Source of the DNA: Aestuariivirga sp.
GTDB lineage: Bacteria; Pseudomonadota; Alphaproteobacteria; Rhizobiales; Aestuariivirgaceae
DNA length: 64,000 bases
Reading direction: 5' to 3'
Assembly (NCBI GenBank): GCA_043778995.1
Contig: JAYWFC010000052.1
Location: forward strand, 6,914-70,913
Position numbers and translations under genes: made by a program. Shown here piece by piece: positions 10,963-21,545 of this stretch. Below the pieces are notes generated by a model. The model ran no database searches, was not told the origin of the DNA, and worked only from the letters and a program-made list of their open reading frames with translations. How positions within the stretch are numbered: position 1 is the stretch's first letter; every line of letters begins with the position of its first letter.

Positions 10963-11778
10963 TTATGCTGCGCGCAAGTCGCGTTCGCGGCGAATCACTT
11001 CAGATGCCAGTTTAATATAGGCCTGAGAACCCACACAGGCGTGATCGTAAAGTAATACTGGCTTTCCGTAAGACGGCGCTTCGGAAATGCGCACATTTCG
11101 CGGTATGACTGTTTGGTAAACCTTGTCGCCAAGAACTTCTCGCACATCTTGGGCCACTTGGTCTGAAAGTGAATTGCGCTTGTCAAACATGGTGAGAACG
11201 ACACCTTGGATCATCAGGCGGGGGTTCAGCGTCGTGCGCACACGTTCAACCGTTTTCAAAAGCTGGCTTAAACCTTCCAGCGCAAAGAACTCACATTGCA
11301 GCGGCACTAATATGGCATCTGCCGCTGTCAATGAATTGATCGTGAGAAGATTCAAGGATGGAGGGCAGTCCACCAAAATATAGGTGTAATTGCGCCCGGG
11401 CATGGCCATCAGCAATTGAATTGCCTCCTGCAGACGGTGGGTTTTGCGGGCTAGGTTTGCAAGTTCAAGTTCTGCCCCCAACAGATCAATCGTTGCCGGC
11501 GCGCAATGAAGCCGCGGGATGGCTGAATCGATAATCACCTGATCAAGGTCTGCTTCGCCAATCAAGACATGATACGTGGATTTTTGGTTGGCTTTGCGAG
11601 CAATCCCTAGCCCTGTGGAGGCATTGCCTTGTGGGTCAAGATCAATCACCAAAACGTTCTCCCCCACGGCTGCCAAGGCCGTACCCAGGTTGATTGCCGT
11701 GGTGGTTTTACCTACGCCGCCTTTTTGGTTGGCAACGGCCAGAATGCGTAATGGGTTAGTTTGGATCTCGTTTAACAT
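10963..11778 (-). CDS. parA: Chromosome partitioning ATPase ParA
   Basis: Deviant Walker A KGGVGKTTT. Lies directly upstream of parB. Confidence 0.95.
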   Translation of the reverse strand: MLNEIQTNPLRILAVANQKGGVGKTTTAINLGTALAAVGENVLVIDLDPQGNASTGLGIARKANQKSTYHVLIGEADLDQVIIDSAIPRLHCAPATIDLLGAELELANLARKTHRLQEAIQLLMAMPGRNYTYILVDCPPSLNLLTINSLTAADAILVPLQCEFFALEGLSQLLKTVERVRTTLNPRLMIQGVVLTMFDKRNSLSDQVAQDVREVLGDKVYQTVIPRNVRISEAPSYGKPVLLYDHACVGSQAYIKLASEVIRRERDLRAA

Positions 11779-12397
11779 GTCTCAATTCCTTCACCTCAAG
11801 TATGACTGATTGAGGGTCAGTAATGCTGGAATGTTTATGGGATGTAATTACCCAATCCTTAGCAGCTTCGGCAAGTTCTGCATCAACATCTTGCCCCTTG
11901 TGGAAAAGCGCGGTGGCACCCGACTCAATGAAAGGCTCAGCATAGCCTAACAGCAAAGGAAGTGGCGCAAAAGCGCGTGCCGTCACCAATTGCACCTGAG
12001 GCAATGGTTTTGGCGCCACACGCGGCTCCAGACGATCACGGTGAACGAAAGCGTTGATTTTCATTTGCCGCAAAGCTTCATGCAGAAAAGCCACTTTTTT
12101 TGCGTTGGATTCAAACATATGCACGGTGGCTGGTTGAATGGCCGCTAAAACCAGCGCCGGAAAGCCTGCACCAGAACCCAGATCGGCAATTGCGGCGGTG
12201 TTTTTGTGAATCAATGGCAGGAGCTGGGCACTGTCAACGACGTGGCGCGCCCAAACATCATCGACGGTGGATGGCGAAATCATGTTCATCCGCGCCTGCC
12301 AGGCGAGCAAAACCTCAACCAAAACTTCCAAACGCGTCATGGATTCACGTGAAACACCAAGACGCTCAAGACTTTCAACCGCAGAATTGGGGATCAT
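11756..12397 (-). CDS. rsmG: 16S rRNA (guanine527-N7)-methyltransferase RsmG (GidB)
   Basis: SAM-binding DLGSGAGFPALVLA. Sits in the mnmG-rsmG-parA-parB order. Confidence 0.93.
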   Translation of the reverse strand: MIPNSAVESLERLGVSRESMTRLEVLVEVLLAWQARMNMISPSTVDDVWARHVVDSAQLLPLIHKNTAAIADLGSGAGFPALVLAAIQPATVHMFESNAKKVAFLHEALRQMKINAFVHRDRLEPRVAPKPLPQVQLVTARAFAPLPLLLGYAEPFIESGATALFHKGQDVDAELAEAAKDWVITSHKHSSITDPQSVILEVKELRHVKRDPN

Positions 12398-14269
12398 TTA
12401 CGCAACCTGTTGGGTGCGAGGTTTTCTGATTTGCCCCAAAAGGCAGGCAAGCCCTGCCGGAGTCATACCATCTACACGCGCCGCTTGGGCCAATGTCTCT
12501 GGCCTTGCTTTATGCAGCTTCTGGCGCAGCTCCATGGAAAGGCTGGGTATAGCGAAGTAATCGATATCAGCTGGGATGCGCACAAGCTCATCCTTGCGCA
12601 ACATCTCAATTTCAGAATGTTGCCTATCCATATAACCTGCATAAAGCGCATCCGCTTCCAGGGCTTCCTTTGCAAATGCAGGAAGGGCTTTCAATGCTGG
12701 CCAAATTTCTTCAACTTTGGCCAAACCAATATCAGGCATTGCAATCAATTCCAACGCGTTGCGAGATTTACCATCTTGATTAACCCGCAAGCCAAGCTTG
12801 GCGGCTGCTGAAGATGTCATCGATGATTCACGTGCAACATTACGCGCATAATCCAAAACTGCCATTTTATCTGCAAAAGCTGTCTGACGCTCTGATCCGA
12901 CCAACCCCCAAGCAATACCTTTTGTGGTCAACCGTTGATCTGAGTTATCGGCCCGCATGGCCAAACGATATTCGGCCCTTGAAGTGAACATGCGATAAGG
13001 TTCGGCCACGCCCCGCGTCACCAGATCATCAACCATAACGCCCAAATAGCCATCGGCGCGGCCAATGGTGATGGGCTCATCGCCAGATGCGGCCCGCGCT
13101 GCGTTGAGGCCCGCCAAAAGCCCTTGGGCGGCGGCTTCCTCATAGCCTGTTGTGCCATTGATTTGTCCAGCCAGATAAAGCCCCTTAAGTGCCTTCACTT
13201 GCAAATCATGGCCTAATTCACGGGGGTCTACATAATCATATTCAATCGCATAGCCCGGTCGAATGATGCGAACATTTTCCAACCCCGGCATCGAGTGGAT
13301 AAATACCTCCTGCACATCCTCTGGCAGAGAAGTTGAAATTCCATTCGGATAAATTGTCGGATCATCCAGTCCTTCGGGCTCCAAGAAAATTTGGTGAGAA
13401 GATTTTTCTTTGAAACGATGAATCTTGTCTTCGATGGATGGGCAATAGCGCGGCCCCGTGCCAACAATCTGACCAGAATACAGTGGTGAACGATGGATAT
13501 TATCAGAAATAATCTGATGAGTGGCCGCTGTGGTGTGGGTAATGAAGCACGAAATTTGCGGCGTGGTTATTTTGTCGGTGAGAAATGAAAATGGAACCGG
13601 TGGCTCGTCGCCCTTCTGTTCTTCCAAAACCGACCAATTGATTGTGCGCCCATCAAGCCTTGCGGGCGTTCCAGTTTTCAAACGTCCTAAATTCAGGTTC
13701 AAAGATAAAAGCTGTTCCGAAAGCCCAAGTGATGGTGCCTCGCCTACGCGGCCCGCGGGAATTTGTTTTTCGCCAATGTGAATCAAGCCATTCAAAAATG
13801 TGCCCGTGGTCAAAACAACAGATTTAGCACGAAGGGTCAGACCAGCGCTCGTCGTCAGCCCCACCACTTCGCCATTTTTAATGTCCAACGCAACAGCGCC
13901 GCCAGCGATGATGGTTAAGTTATCTTGCGCGTTTAGTGCAAGCTGCATGGCTTCGCGGTAAAGTTTCCGATCGGCTTGCGCGCGCGGCCCACGAACAGCG
14001 GGGCCTTTTGATCTGTTGAGCAGACGAAATTGTATTCCGGCTTTATCTGCAACCCTGCCCATCAATCCATCAAGAGCATCAATCTCGCGCACCAAATGGC
14101 CTTTGCCCAAACCTCCAATGGCAGGATTGCACGACATCTCACCAATTGTTTCAGGTCGATGCGTCAGCAACGCTGTTTTGGCACCCACCCGTGCTGACGC
14201 GGCAGCCGCTTCACAGCCTGCATGACCGCCGCCCACCACGATAACATCAAAATCCATATTCAAATCCAT
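12398..14269 (-). CDS. mnmG: tRNA uridine 5-carboxymethylaminomethyl modification enzyme MnmG (GidA)
   Basis: FAD motif [15 protein letters not shown]. 623 aa, full-length GidA-like. Confidence 0.97.
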   Translation of the reverse strand: MDLNMDFDVIVVGGGHAGCEAAAASARVGAKTALLTHRPETIGEMSCNPAIGGLGKGHLVREIDALDGLMGRVADKAGIQFRLLNRSKGPAVRGPRAQADRKLYREAMQLALNAQDNLTIIAGGAVALDIKNGEVVGLTTSAGLTLRAKSVVLTTGTFLNGLIHIGEKQIPAGRVGEAPSLGLSEQLLSLNLNLGRLKTGTPARLDGRTINWSVLEEQKGDEPPVPFSFLTDKITTPQISCFITHTTAATHQIISDNIHRSPLYSGQIVGTGPRYCPSIEDKIHRFKEKSSHQIFLEPEGLDDPTIYPNGISTSLPEDVQEVFIHSMPGLENVRIIRPGYAIEYDYVDPRELGHDLQVKALKGLYLAGQINGTTGYEEAAAQGLLAGLNAARAASGDEPITIGRADGYLGVMVDDLVTRGVAEPYRMFTSRAEYRLAMRADNSDQRLTTKGIAWGLVGSERQTAFADKMAVLDYARNVARESSMTSSAAAKLGLRVNQDGKSRNALELIAMPDIGLAKVEEIWPALKALPAFAKEALEADALYAGYMDRQHSEIEMLRKDELVRIPADIDYFAIPSLSMELRQKLHKARPETLAQAARVDGMTPAGLACLLGQIRKPRTQQVA

Positions 14270-14313
14270 GGTGGCTCTTTAATCCGTCCACGGATGAACG
14301 TCAAAGCCGGAAT

Positions 14314-14329
14314 CGTTTCACGTGAAACA
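14314..14329. other. parS centromere-like site (15/16 match to TGTTTCACGTGAAACA)
   Basis: CGTTTCACGTGAAACA, a palindromic 14-bp core, in the mnmG-mnmE intergenic gap about 2.5 kb from parA. Confidence 0.75.
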
Positions 14330-15646
14330 TCACTTGCCGATACAAAATTCAGAGAAAATCTTGCCGAGCAAATCTTCAACATCAACATGACCGGTGATTG
14401 AACTCAACGCCCGCGCAGCTTTGCGCAAATCTTCCGTGACCAGTTCAAGCGGTTGATGAGTATCTTCAACACAATTGTTAAGGAGGCGAATCGTTTCTTG
14501 AACGGCCAGAATATGGCGTTGGCGGACAATAACTGCATTTTCCACACCGCTCAGCCGAGCCTGAATCAAACTCTTCAAAACATCGCGCAAGCGATTCAAA
14601 CCAAGCCCAGTTTTTGTCGAAACAAAAATAACGTCATCGTTCCGTTCACGAATCAAATGAAGATCGGCCTTGTTGCCTACAATCACATCAGCCCTACGTT
14701 CCGGCCCTACTGTTTCCACGATATCTGGTGAAGTGACCCACACCAAAATATCAGCAGCCAAGGCAGCGGCTTTAGCGCGCTCAATACCCACCTTTTCAAT
14801 TTCATCATTCACGTTGGCTCGCATGCCCGCCGTATCAGCAAGCGTAATACCAACACCCGCGAAATTAACCTGAGCCTCAACAATGTCGCGCGTGGTTCCA
14901 GCAATCGCCGATACAATAGCAGCATCGCGCTCGACAAGCGCATTCAACAAGGATGATTTGCCCACATTGGGCGCACCGGCAATAACGACCTTCAAACCGT
15001 TGCGCACCGAAGTGTTCTGCGCCGACAGCGCCAGGGCTCTTTCAAGTTCACCAATCAATCGCTCAATCGCAGGCTTAGCCATTGCGCGGGCCTGCGACGC
15101 CACATCTTCCTCTTCCACGAAATCAATTGATGCCTCAAACAATGCCAGAGCCGCAACAATATCACTTCTCCATTTTTCGTAAACTGCACTCGCCTCGCCT
15201 AAAAACTGCCGCATCGCCAAGCGGCGCTGCGCCTCGCCATTTGCACTCAGCACATCGGCCAAGCCTTCAACTTCAACCAAGTCAAGCTTACCATTTTCAA
15301 AAGCCCGCTTGGTAAATTCCCCAGCCTCTGCCGGGCGAACACCTGCGATCAAAGCAAATTCTTTGAACAACACATCAAGAATTGCGGGGCTGCCATGAAG
15401 ATGAAACTCCACCACGTCTTCGCCGGTGACAGTGTGAGGCTTGGGTAACCACAGCACCATTGCTTGATCGATAATAAAACCTTCGTGCGACGTAAGTTTT
15501 CGAACACTCGCTATGCGCGGTGGCGTAATTGCTCCGGCCAAATTCTCGAGAACTTTTCCGGCTTGCGTTCCCGAAATTCGCACAACGGCGATCCCAGCCC
15601 TACCCAGACCAGACGACAGCGCATAAATGGTGGGCAAGACAGTCAT
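14330..15646 (-). CDS. mnmE: tRNA modification GTPase MnmE (TrmE)
   Basis: TIYALSSG N-terminus, G-domain GAPNVGKSSLLNAL and DTAGMR, C-terminal CIGK. The ATG at 15646 is preferred; a TTG at 15673 is possible. Confidence 0.94.
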   Translation of the reverse strand: MTVLPTIYALSSGLGRAGIAVVRISGTQAGKVLENLAGAITPPRIASVRKLTSHEGFIIDQAMVLWLPKPHTVTGEDVVEFHLHGSPAILDVLFKEFALIAGVRPAEAGEFTKRAFENGKLDLVEVEGLADVLSANGEAQRRLAMRQFLGEASAVYEKWRSDIVAALALFEASIDFVEEEDVASQARAMAKPAIERLIGELERALALSAQNTSVRNGLKVVIAGAPNVGKSSLLNALVERDAAIVSAIAGTTRDIVEAQVNFAGVGITLADTAGMRANVNDEIEKVGIERAKAAALAADILVWVTSPDIVETVGPERRADVIVGNKADLHLIRERNDDVIFVSTKTGLGLNRLRDVLKSLIQARLSGVENAVIVRQRHILAVQETIRLLNNCVEDTHQPLELVTEDLRKAARALSSITGHVDVEDLLGKIFSEFCIGK

Positions 15647-15692
15647 TTCGGAATCGAATCGATACCAAAACAAACCATCTCAACCCCCAAGA

Positions 15693-16976
15693 TTAAGCAT
15701 TCATTGAATCGAAGAAATCACTGTTGCCTTTGGTTTGGCGCATTTTATCAAGCAGGAACTCGATGGCATCAACCGTGCCCATCGGGTTGAGAATGCGGCG
15801 CAAGACATAGGTCTTTTTCAGAGTGTCAGGCTTCACCAGCAACTCTTCCTTACGCGTGCCCGAACGCAGAATATCAATCGATGGGAACACGCGCTTATCT
15901 GCAACTTTACGATCCAAGATAATTTCTGAGTTGCCCGTACCTTTGAATTCTTCAAAAATCACTTCGTCCATGCGGCTGCCTGTATCGATAAGCGCCGTGG
16001 CGATAATTGTCAGCGAACCGCCCTGTTCGATATTGCGCGCGGCACCGAAAAAGCGCTTGGGGCGTTGCAGGGCATTTGCATCCACACCACCCGTCAGAAC
16101 TTTACCGGAAGATGGCACGACCGTATTATAAGCGCGACCAAGCCTTGTAATAGAATCAAGCAAGATGACCACATCACGGCCATGCTCAACCAAGCGCTTG
16201 GCTTTCTCGATCACCATCTCTGCAACCTGTACATGGCGCGTCGCAGGCTCGTCGAACGTCGACGAAATAACCTCGCCCTTGACCGAGCGTTGCATATCGG
16301 TCACTTCTTCAGGCCGCTCGTCAATCAACAACACGATCAAATAACATTCTGGATGATTTGTGGTGATGGAATGCGCAATGTTTTGCAGCAATACGGTTTT
16401 ACCGGTGCGTGGCGGCGCCACAATCAGACCGCGTTGACCTTTGCCGATGGGTGCAACAATATCAATCACGCGGGCCGAATGATCTTTGCGCGTGGGATCA
16501 TTGATCTCCATCTCCAAACGCTGATCAGGATAAAGCGGCGTCAGATTATCAAAGTTAACTTTGTGACGGGCTTTGTCTGGGTCTTCAAAATTTACTGTAT
16601 TAGCTTTGATCAAAGCAAAATAACGCTCACCATCTTTAGGCCCACGAATTTGCCCTTCAACCGTGTCGCCGGTGCGCAAAGCATATTTGCGAATTTGATT
16701 GGGGCTCACGTAAATATCATCAGGGCCTGCCAAATAGTTCGCATCTGCTGAACGCAAGAACCCGAAACCGTCTTGCAGAACTTCAATCACACCTTGGCCA
16801 ATAATTTCGATATTTTGCCCAGCATAAGTTTTCAAAATGGCAAACATAAGCTCTTGCTTGCGCAAAGTGCTGGCCGCTTCAATTTGCAACTCTTCCGCCA
16901 ACACCAACATTTCAGCTGGTGATTTGCGTTTCAAATCGGAGAGTTTAATCTCCTTAATTTCAACAATGTCGTTCAT
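15693..16976 (-). CDS. rho: Transcription termination factor Rho
   Basis: N-terminal RNA-binding domain, Walker [12 protein letters not shown]. 427 aa. Confidence 0.97.
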   Translation of the reverse strand: MNDIVEIKEIKLSDLKRKSPAEMLVLAEELQIEAASTLRKQELMFAILKTYAGQNIEIIGQGVIEVLQDGFGFLRSADANYLAGPDDIYVSPNQIRKYALRTGDTVEGQIRGPKDGERYFALIKANTVNFEDPDKARHKVNFDNLTPLYPDQRLEMEINDPTRKDHSARVIDIVAPIGKGQRGLIVAPPRTGKTVLLQNIAHSITTNHPECYLIVLLIDERPEEVTDMQRSVKGEVISSTFDEPATRHVQVAEMVIEKAKRLVEHGRDVVILLDSITRLGRAYNTVVPSSGKVLTGGVDANALQRPKRFFGAARNIEQGGSLTIIATALIDTGSRMDEVIFEEFKGTGNSEIILDRKVADKRVFPSIDILRSGTRKEELLVKPDTLKKTYVLRRILNPMGTVDAIEFLLDKMRQTKGNSDFFDSMNA

Positions 16977-17078
16977 CTTCTACTGCTTTGAAAAAATTAC
17001 GCGAGCCTTAAAGCTCAGCAAAACCCGAATGGGATTTGACGCTAATAGCACCATTTGCGCCAAACCGAAACAAAATAA

Positions 17079-17507
17079 TCAGATGGGTTTAACCACCACA
17101 AAAATCACAATCCAGATCAATAATACAGTGGGCACTTCATTGATCATCCGAAAGAAACGCTCTGATCTGATGCGCTTACCCTTGGCAAATTCCACCAGAT
17201 ATTTTTCCAGCAAGCCGTGATAGATAACAATGCCAATTACGCCCAACAACTTTGCTGACAGCCAAGGTGTTGACCATGGAATGCCGCCCACAACAACGGT
17301 CGCAACACCAGCAATCACAGCAACAACGCCAGCAGGTCGCATGATCGCCTTCATCAACCGGCGCTCCATCATTTGAAACAACGCATCACTCTCAGAACCC
17401 ACGGCTTGGCGGGTGTGATAAACAAACAGCCGAGGCAGATAAAATAAGCCCGCCATCCAAGCGATCACCGCCACCACATGCAATACTTTAATCCAGAGAT
17501 AAATCAC
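17079..17507 (-). CDS. hemJ: Protoporphyrinogen oxidase HemJ
   Basis: 142-aa four-TM protein (WIKVLHVVAVIAWMAGLFYLPRLFVYH). GTGA overlap with the hemE stop. Confidence 0.85.
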   Translation of the reverse strand: MIYLWIKVLHVVAVIAWMAGLFYLPRLFVYHTRQAVGSESDALFQMMERRLMKAIMRPAGVVAVIAGVATVVVGGIPWSTPWLSAKLLGVIGIVIYHGLLEKYLVEFAKGKRIRSERFFRMINEVPTVLLIWIVIFVVVKPI

Positions 17508-18529
17508 GCATCACCCTTACGCACAGCAGCCACAAATTTTGTCACCATTGCTGGATCAGTCTGTTGTTGTATTCCATGACCTAAATTGAAAATATGACGG
17601 TGCGGCGGAACAGAATTTAATATGGTTTCAACGCCACGCAACATTTCATCGTCTGGCCCCAACAAAAAATCCGACGATAGATTGCCTTGAAGGGCAACAT
17701 GTCCAGGCAAACTCCTAAAAACTTCCCCAGCGTCTACATTCTCTTCCACACCCACGGCGGAAGCACTTGTGAGCAGCGCAATTTCACGATGCCCTTGACC
17801 CACACCGCGTGCAAACACAATCACTGGGAAATCAGGATATACAGCGCGAACACCCGCAACAATCGCTGCGATTGGCTCCACTACCACACGCTGCCTGGCG
17901 CTTAGCGGCACGTCACCTGCCCAACTATCAAAAATCTGAACAACCTCAGCCCCAGCCTTTATCTGGCCCAGCAAATAGCCTATTGAAGAAGCTATCAACT
18001 TTTCCATCAGAACTTTGAACCATTCGGGATTTTCCAACGCCACAACCAAAGCATTTTGACGTTTAGAACTTCCACCTTCAATCATGTAACTGGCCACAGT
18101 CCACGGCCCGCCACAAAAACCGATGAGAGTTTGATGAGGCTTCAACGCAGTTTTCACGCGAGAGACAGTTTCCCAAACCTTTTTATAATATTCACCCTGA
18201 AGCCCAAGTTCCAGCTTCTGCACGCTGGACAAATCTGTGACCACATCCAACACAGGCCCTTCACCTTCGCGAAACTCTAAATGAAGCCCCATGGCATGGG
18301 GAACAACCAAAATATCTGAAAACAAAATTGCCGCGTCAAAATCATAACGCCATAAAGGTTGCAAGGTAACCTCGCACGCATATTCCGGGTTATAACAAAG
18401 CTGAAGAAACGATCCTGCCTTTTCTCTTAAAGCTCTATATTCAGGAAGATAACGCCCAGCTTGTCTCATCATCCATAAGGGCCGTCTGCTTGGCTTTCGT
18501 CCGTGAAGAACGTCTAAAATAGGTTTCAC
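17504..18529 (-). CDS. hemE: Uroporphyrinogen decarboxylase
   Basis: PLWMMRQAGRYLPEY signature. GTG start at 18529. Confidence 0.95.
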   Translation of the reverse strand: MKPILDVLHGRKPSRRPLWMMRQAGRYLPEYRALREKAGSFLQLCYNPEYACEVTLQPLWRYDFDAAILFSDILVVPHAMGLHLEFREGEGPVLDVVTDLSSVQKLELGLQGEYYKKVWETVSRVKTALKPHQTLIGFCGGPWTVASYMIEGGSSKRQNALVVALENPEWFKVLMEKLIASSIGYLLGQIKAGAEVVQIFDSWAGDVPLSARQRVVVEPIAAIVAGVRAVYPDFPVIVFARGVGQGHREIALLTSASAVGVEENVDAGEVFRSLPGHVALQGNLSSDFLLGPDDEMLRGVETILNSVPPHRHIFNLGHGIQQQTDPAMVTKFVAAVRKGDA

Positions 18530-18628
18530 CCATCACTCCATAATATAAGAGATAATCTTTAATGTTTCTTCTGCTGGGGCCAGATTAGCAGTGATAAACC
18601 CCATAACTCGCATAACAGCCTCATATCC

Positions 18629-18637
18629 TGTGGAAAA
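18629..18637 (-). promoter_or_regulatory. DnaA box-like, TTTTCCACA (8/9)
   Basis: The plus strand reads TGTGGAAAA, in opposite orientation to the box at 18813. Confidence 0.5.
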
Positions 18638-18812
18638 GCAATAAAACAAAATTCATCTGAAAGATTCATCCTAGGATTCCAACAGTTTCCAACTCAAAGC
18701 AAAGACAGTCACCTTTTCACATTTTTCTGATTTAAACTCATAACGACAACCCTACACTTAAAACCTACCGACATCGTCGCCCAATTCTGTTGAATCCCCA
18801 ATTTAAATCAAA

Positions 18813-18821
18813 TTATCCACA
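18813..18821 (+). promoter_or_regulatory. DnaA box, perfect TTATCCACA
   Basis: Exact 9-mer immediately abutting the maf ATG at 18822. Confidence 0.7.
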
Positions 18822-19433
18822 ATGAACCCACACATCATGCAGCAAACAAAATTGATTTTAGCAACCCAAAGCACAACCAGAATGAGGCTGCTTCAACACG
18901 CTGGCATTGAATTCACGGCGCAAGTAAGCCGGGTAAACGAAGATTTATTGAAGTCAGAAAACGTTGATTTGTCGCAGCTTCTCATGGCCCAGCTTCTTGC
19001 CAAGGCCAAAGCGCTGTCCTTGAGCGGATCAAATCCTAGTCATTATGTTTTGGGAGCAGACCAGACATTAAGTTGCAATAACACTCATTTCAATAAGCCG
19101 CGCAACAAAGCAGATGCACGCGAACAACTTCAATATCTGAAAGGTAAAACCCACCAACTTCATTCAGCCATCGCGGTCGTCAAGAATGACAAGGTTCTAT
19201 TCACCCACGTGGATACAGCCAAAATGACAATGCGGATTTTCTCCGAAAGCTTTCTCGATACTTATCTCGACACAGTCGACGCCGAGGTGTTAAACTCCGT
19301 CGGGTGCTATCACTATGAAGGCCAAGGCATTCAACTTTTTGAAACTGTTGAAGGTGACTATTTCACAATCCTTGGCTTATCGCTTCTGCCTTTGTTGGCA
19401 TTCCTGCGTCAAACAGGTATGACCACAGCATGA
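18822..19433 (+). CDS. maf: Maf-like nucleoside triphosphate pyrophosphatase
   Basis: LILATQSTTRMRLL N-terminus, GADQ motif, about 200 aa. Alternative start at 18837. Confidence 0.85.
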   Translation: MNPHIMQQTKLILATQSTTRMRLLQHAGIEFTAQVSRVNEDLLKSENVDLSQLLMAQLLAKAKALSLSGSNPSHYVLGADQTLSCNNTHFNKPRNKADAREQLQYLKGKTHQLHSAIAVVKNDKVLFTHVDTAKMTMRIFSESFLDTYLDTVDAEVLNSVGCYHYEGQGIQLFETVEGDYFTILGLSLLPLLAFLRQTGMTTA

Positions 19434-20266
19434 AAAAAGCCTGTGTCATTGGCTATCCCATCGCCCACTCAAGATCGCCTTTGATCCATAATCATTGGCT
19501 GAATACCTATGGCATAAAAGGCATTTATGAAAAGTGCGCCGTTGAACCTGAGAAGCTTGGTGAATTCTTGAGGAATTTAGAAACCAATGGCTATGTTGGA
19601 TGCAATGTCACCATTCCCCACAAAGAAACAGCCATAAACTTTGTGCAAAATGTTGATTCCATTGTCACAAAAACCGGCTCTCTGAATACCGTCTACACTG
19701 AAAACAATACAGTGAAAGCGACATCAACAGATGGCGAGGGCTTTTATCAAAACCTCGTCACTTCGATGGCCGGCTTTGATCTAACCGGAAAGAATGTTTT
19801 GATTTTGGGGGCAGGCGGCTCTGCCCGGGCGGTTATCGAAAGACTGTTGCGAGTAGGCGTGGCGAACATTCACGTTATCAACCGAACGCAAGCCAGGTCA
19901 GAAGAACTGGCCCTGCTGTTTGGCCCTAAAGTCATCGCCAGCCTACCTTTAAACCTTCCCCTTTTGATGCAAACCACGGATCTGTTGGTCAACACAACGT
20001 CCCAAGGCATGCAAGGCCAGCCAGAACTGGAAATTGATCTAACACCCTTGCCTGCCACTGCCATTGTGGCTGATCTGATCTACGTGCCACTTCAAACCAA
20101 ATTGTTGCTGGCCGCTGAAGCACGCGGATTAAAAGCAGTGGGCGGTCTTGGCATGTTGCTCCACCAAGCGGTGGTCGGTTTTGAAAAATGGTTTGGCGTT
20201 AAACCTGTTGTGACAGACGAACTTTACCGCCTCATTGCACGCGACATCGATCCGAGTTTCCGTTGA
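19430..20266 (+). CDS. aroE: Shikimate dehydrogenase
   Basis: IAHSRSPLIHN and GAGGSARAV NADP motif. ATGA overlap with maf. Confidence 0.93.
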   Translation: MKKACVIGYPIAHSRSPLIHNHWLNTYGIKGIYEKCAVEPEKLGEFLRNLETNGYVGCNVTIPHKETAINFVQNVDSIVTKTGSLNTVYTENNTVKATSTDGEGFYQNLVTSMAGFDLTGKNVLILGAGGSARAVIERLLRVGVANIHVINRTQARSEELALLFGPKVIASLPLNLPLLMQTTDLLVNTTSQGMQGQPELEIDLTPLPATAIVADLIYVPLQTKLLLAAEARGLKAVGGLGMLLHQAVVGFEKWFGVKPVVTDELYRLIARDIDPSFR

Positions 20267-20853
20267 TGCTTGTCATCGGCCTCACAGGTTCAATCGCCAT
20301 GGGCAAATCTGAAGTGGCCAAAATTATGGCCAGTTACAACATTCCAGTCTTTGATTCAGACGCCGAAGTTCATAAGCTTTATGACAGTAGGGCCGGGGCA
20401 GACTTAATCAGGCCCTTTGTGCCAGAGGCAGCGCAAACCGACAAAGTTGACCGCAAGATTATCACGCAGCATGTGTTGAAAGACCCAGAACTGCTCGGTC
20501 AGCTTGAAAAAAAAGTTCACGCAGAAATAAAACGTCGCCGCGACATATTCATTGCCGATGCCAGAAAAACGAACGCAAAATCTGTGGTTATTGATACTCC
20601 CCTGCTTTTTGAAACAGGCGCAGATAAAGACATGGATGTAACCATTGTGGTCTCAGCTCCTTTGGAACTACAAAGATCACGAGCCTTGTCCCGGCCCGGA
20701 ATGACCGTGGAAAGACTAGAGATGATTTTAAATCGGCAGATTCCAGATCCACAAAAGCGGCAAAAAGCCGATGAGATTATTGAAAATAATTCAACACTTC
20801 TAGAATTAGGCAAATCTGTAGAATCCCTGTTAAAAAAGCTGAAAGCGATCTGA
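20266..20853 (+). CDS. coaE: Dephospho-CoA kinase
   Basis: P-loop GLTGSIAMGKS. The ATG overlaps the aroE TGA by 1 nt; the track uses the TTG at 20263. Confidence 0.9.
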   Translation: MLVIGLTGSIAMGKSEVAKIMASYNIPVFDSDAEVHKLYDSRAGADLIRPFVPEAAQTDKVDRKIITQHVLKDPELLGQLEKKVHAEIKRRRDIFIADARKTNAKSVVIDTPLLFETGADKDMDVTIVVSAPLELQRSRALSRPGMTVERLEMILNRQIPDPQKRQKADEIIENNSTLLELGKSVESLLKKLKAI

Positions 20854-20858
20854 CATCC

Positions 20859-21545
20859 ATGCGCGAAATTGTTCTTGATACCGAAACAACGGGTTTGTCC
20901 CCTGCTGAAGGCCACCGCATTGTTGAAATTGGCGCTGTTGAGCTTTTAAATCATCTGCCCACTGGAAAAGTCTACCATGTTTACTTAAATCCTGAACGAG
21001 ATATGCCGAGAGAGGCAGAGGCTGTCCACGGGCTATCCTCGGTATTTCTGAAAGACAAACCGCTGTTTGCCCAGCAGGCCGACGCATTTCTTGAATTTAT
21101 TCAAGACTCAAAACTCATCATCCATAACGCAAGTTTTGACATGGGCTTTATCAACGCCGAACTTGGCTATACCAACCGTTTGGCCATACCGGCAGACCAA
21201 GTGACAGATACTTTGGCAATGGCACGCCGAACCCACCCCATGGGTCCAAACAGCCTTGATGCCTTGTGTAAACGTTTCGGCATCGACAATTCCAAACGCA
21301 CAAAGCATGGGGCCCTACTCGACGCAGAGCTTTTGGCTGATGTTTATTTAGAAATGATAGGCGGTAAACAAACCAATTTAGGCCTGATGGAAAACCGGTC
21401 GGCCACGAAAATAACAATTGCGGTGTCCAATACTCAATACACGCAGCGTCCGCACGCTCTTCAACCTCGCCTCACTGCCGATGATGAAGCGCGCCATAGT
21501 ATGGCCATCGCCACATTGGGCGATGGCGCTTTGTGGAAAAACTAA
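20859..21545 (+). CDS. dnaQ: DNA polymerase III subunit epsilon (3'-5' exonuclease)
   Basis: Exo motifs VLDTETTGL, HNASFDMGF and HGALLDAELLADVY. Confidence 0.93.
   Translation: MREIVLDTETTGLSPAEGHRIVEIGAVELLNHLPTGKVYHVYLNPERDMPREAEAVHGLSSVFLKDKPLFAQQADAFLEFIQDSKLIIHNASFDMGFINAELGYTNRLAIPADQVTDTLAMARRTHPMGPNSLDALCKRFGIDNSKRTKHGALLDAELLADVYLEMIGGKQTNLGLMENRSATKITIAVSNTQYTQRPHALQPRLTADDEARHSMAIATLGDGALWKN

Larger units (their letters stand above)
18530..18821. other. Putative chromosomal replication origin (oriC) / divergent hemE-maf promoter region
   Basis: 292-bp AT-rich non-coding gap next to hemE. Contains one perfect and one 8/9 DnaA box, ATTCATC direct repeats and three GANTC sites. Gene orientation flips here, and the parAB-gidAB-trmE-rho cluster is adjacent. 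Confidence 0.7.

Noticed and set aside
14283-14296. Small inverted repeat ATCCGTccACGGAT upstream of mnmG
   Set aside because: It has 6-bp arms, no T-run and is a single occurrence. This is within chance expectation for a 64-kb window.
16065-16751. 228-aa ORF on the plus strand
   Set aside because: It is entirely antisense to rho, which has unambiguous motifs. It is a shadow ORF with no recognisable domains.
18530-18821. CtrA binding sites (TTAA-N7-TTAA) in the putative origin
   Set aside because: Each TTAA in the gap (for example 18742, 18768, 18803) lacks a second TTAA half-site at N7. The best candidate, TTAAATCAAATTATC, has 2 mismatches in the second half. This is not supportable by eye.
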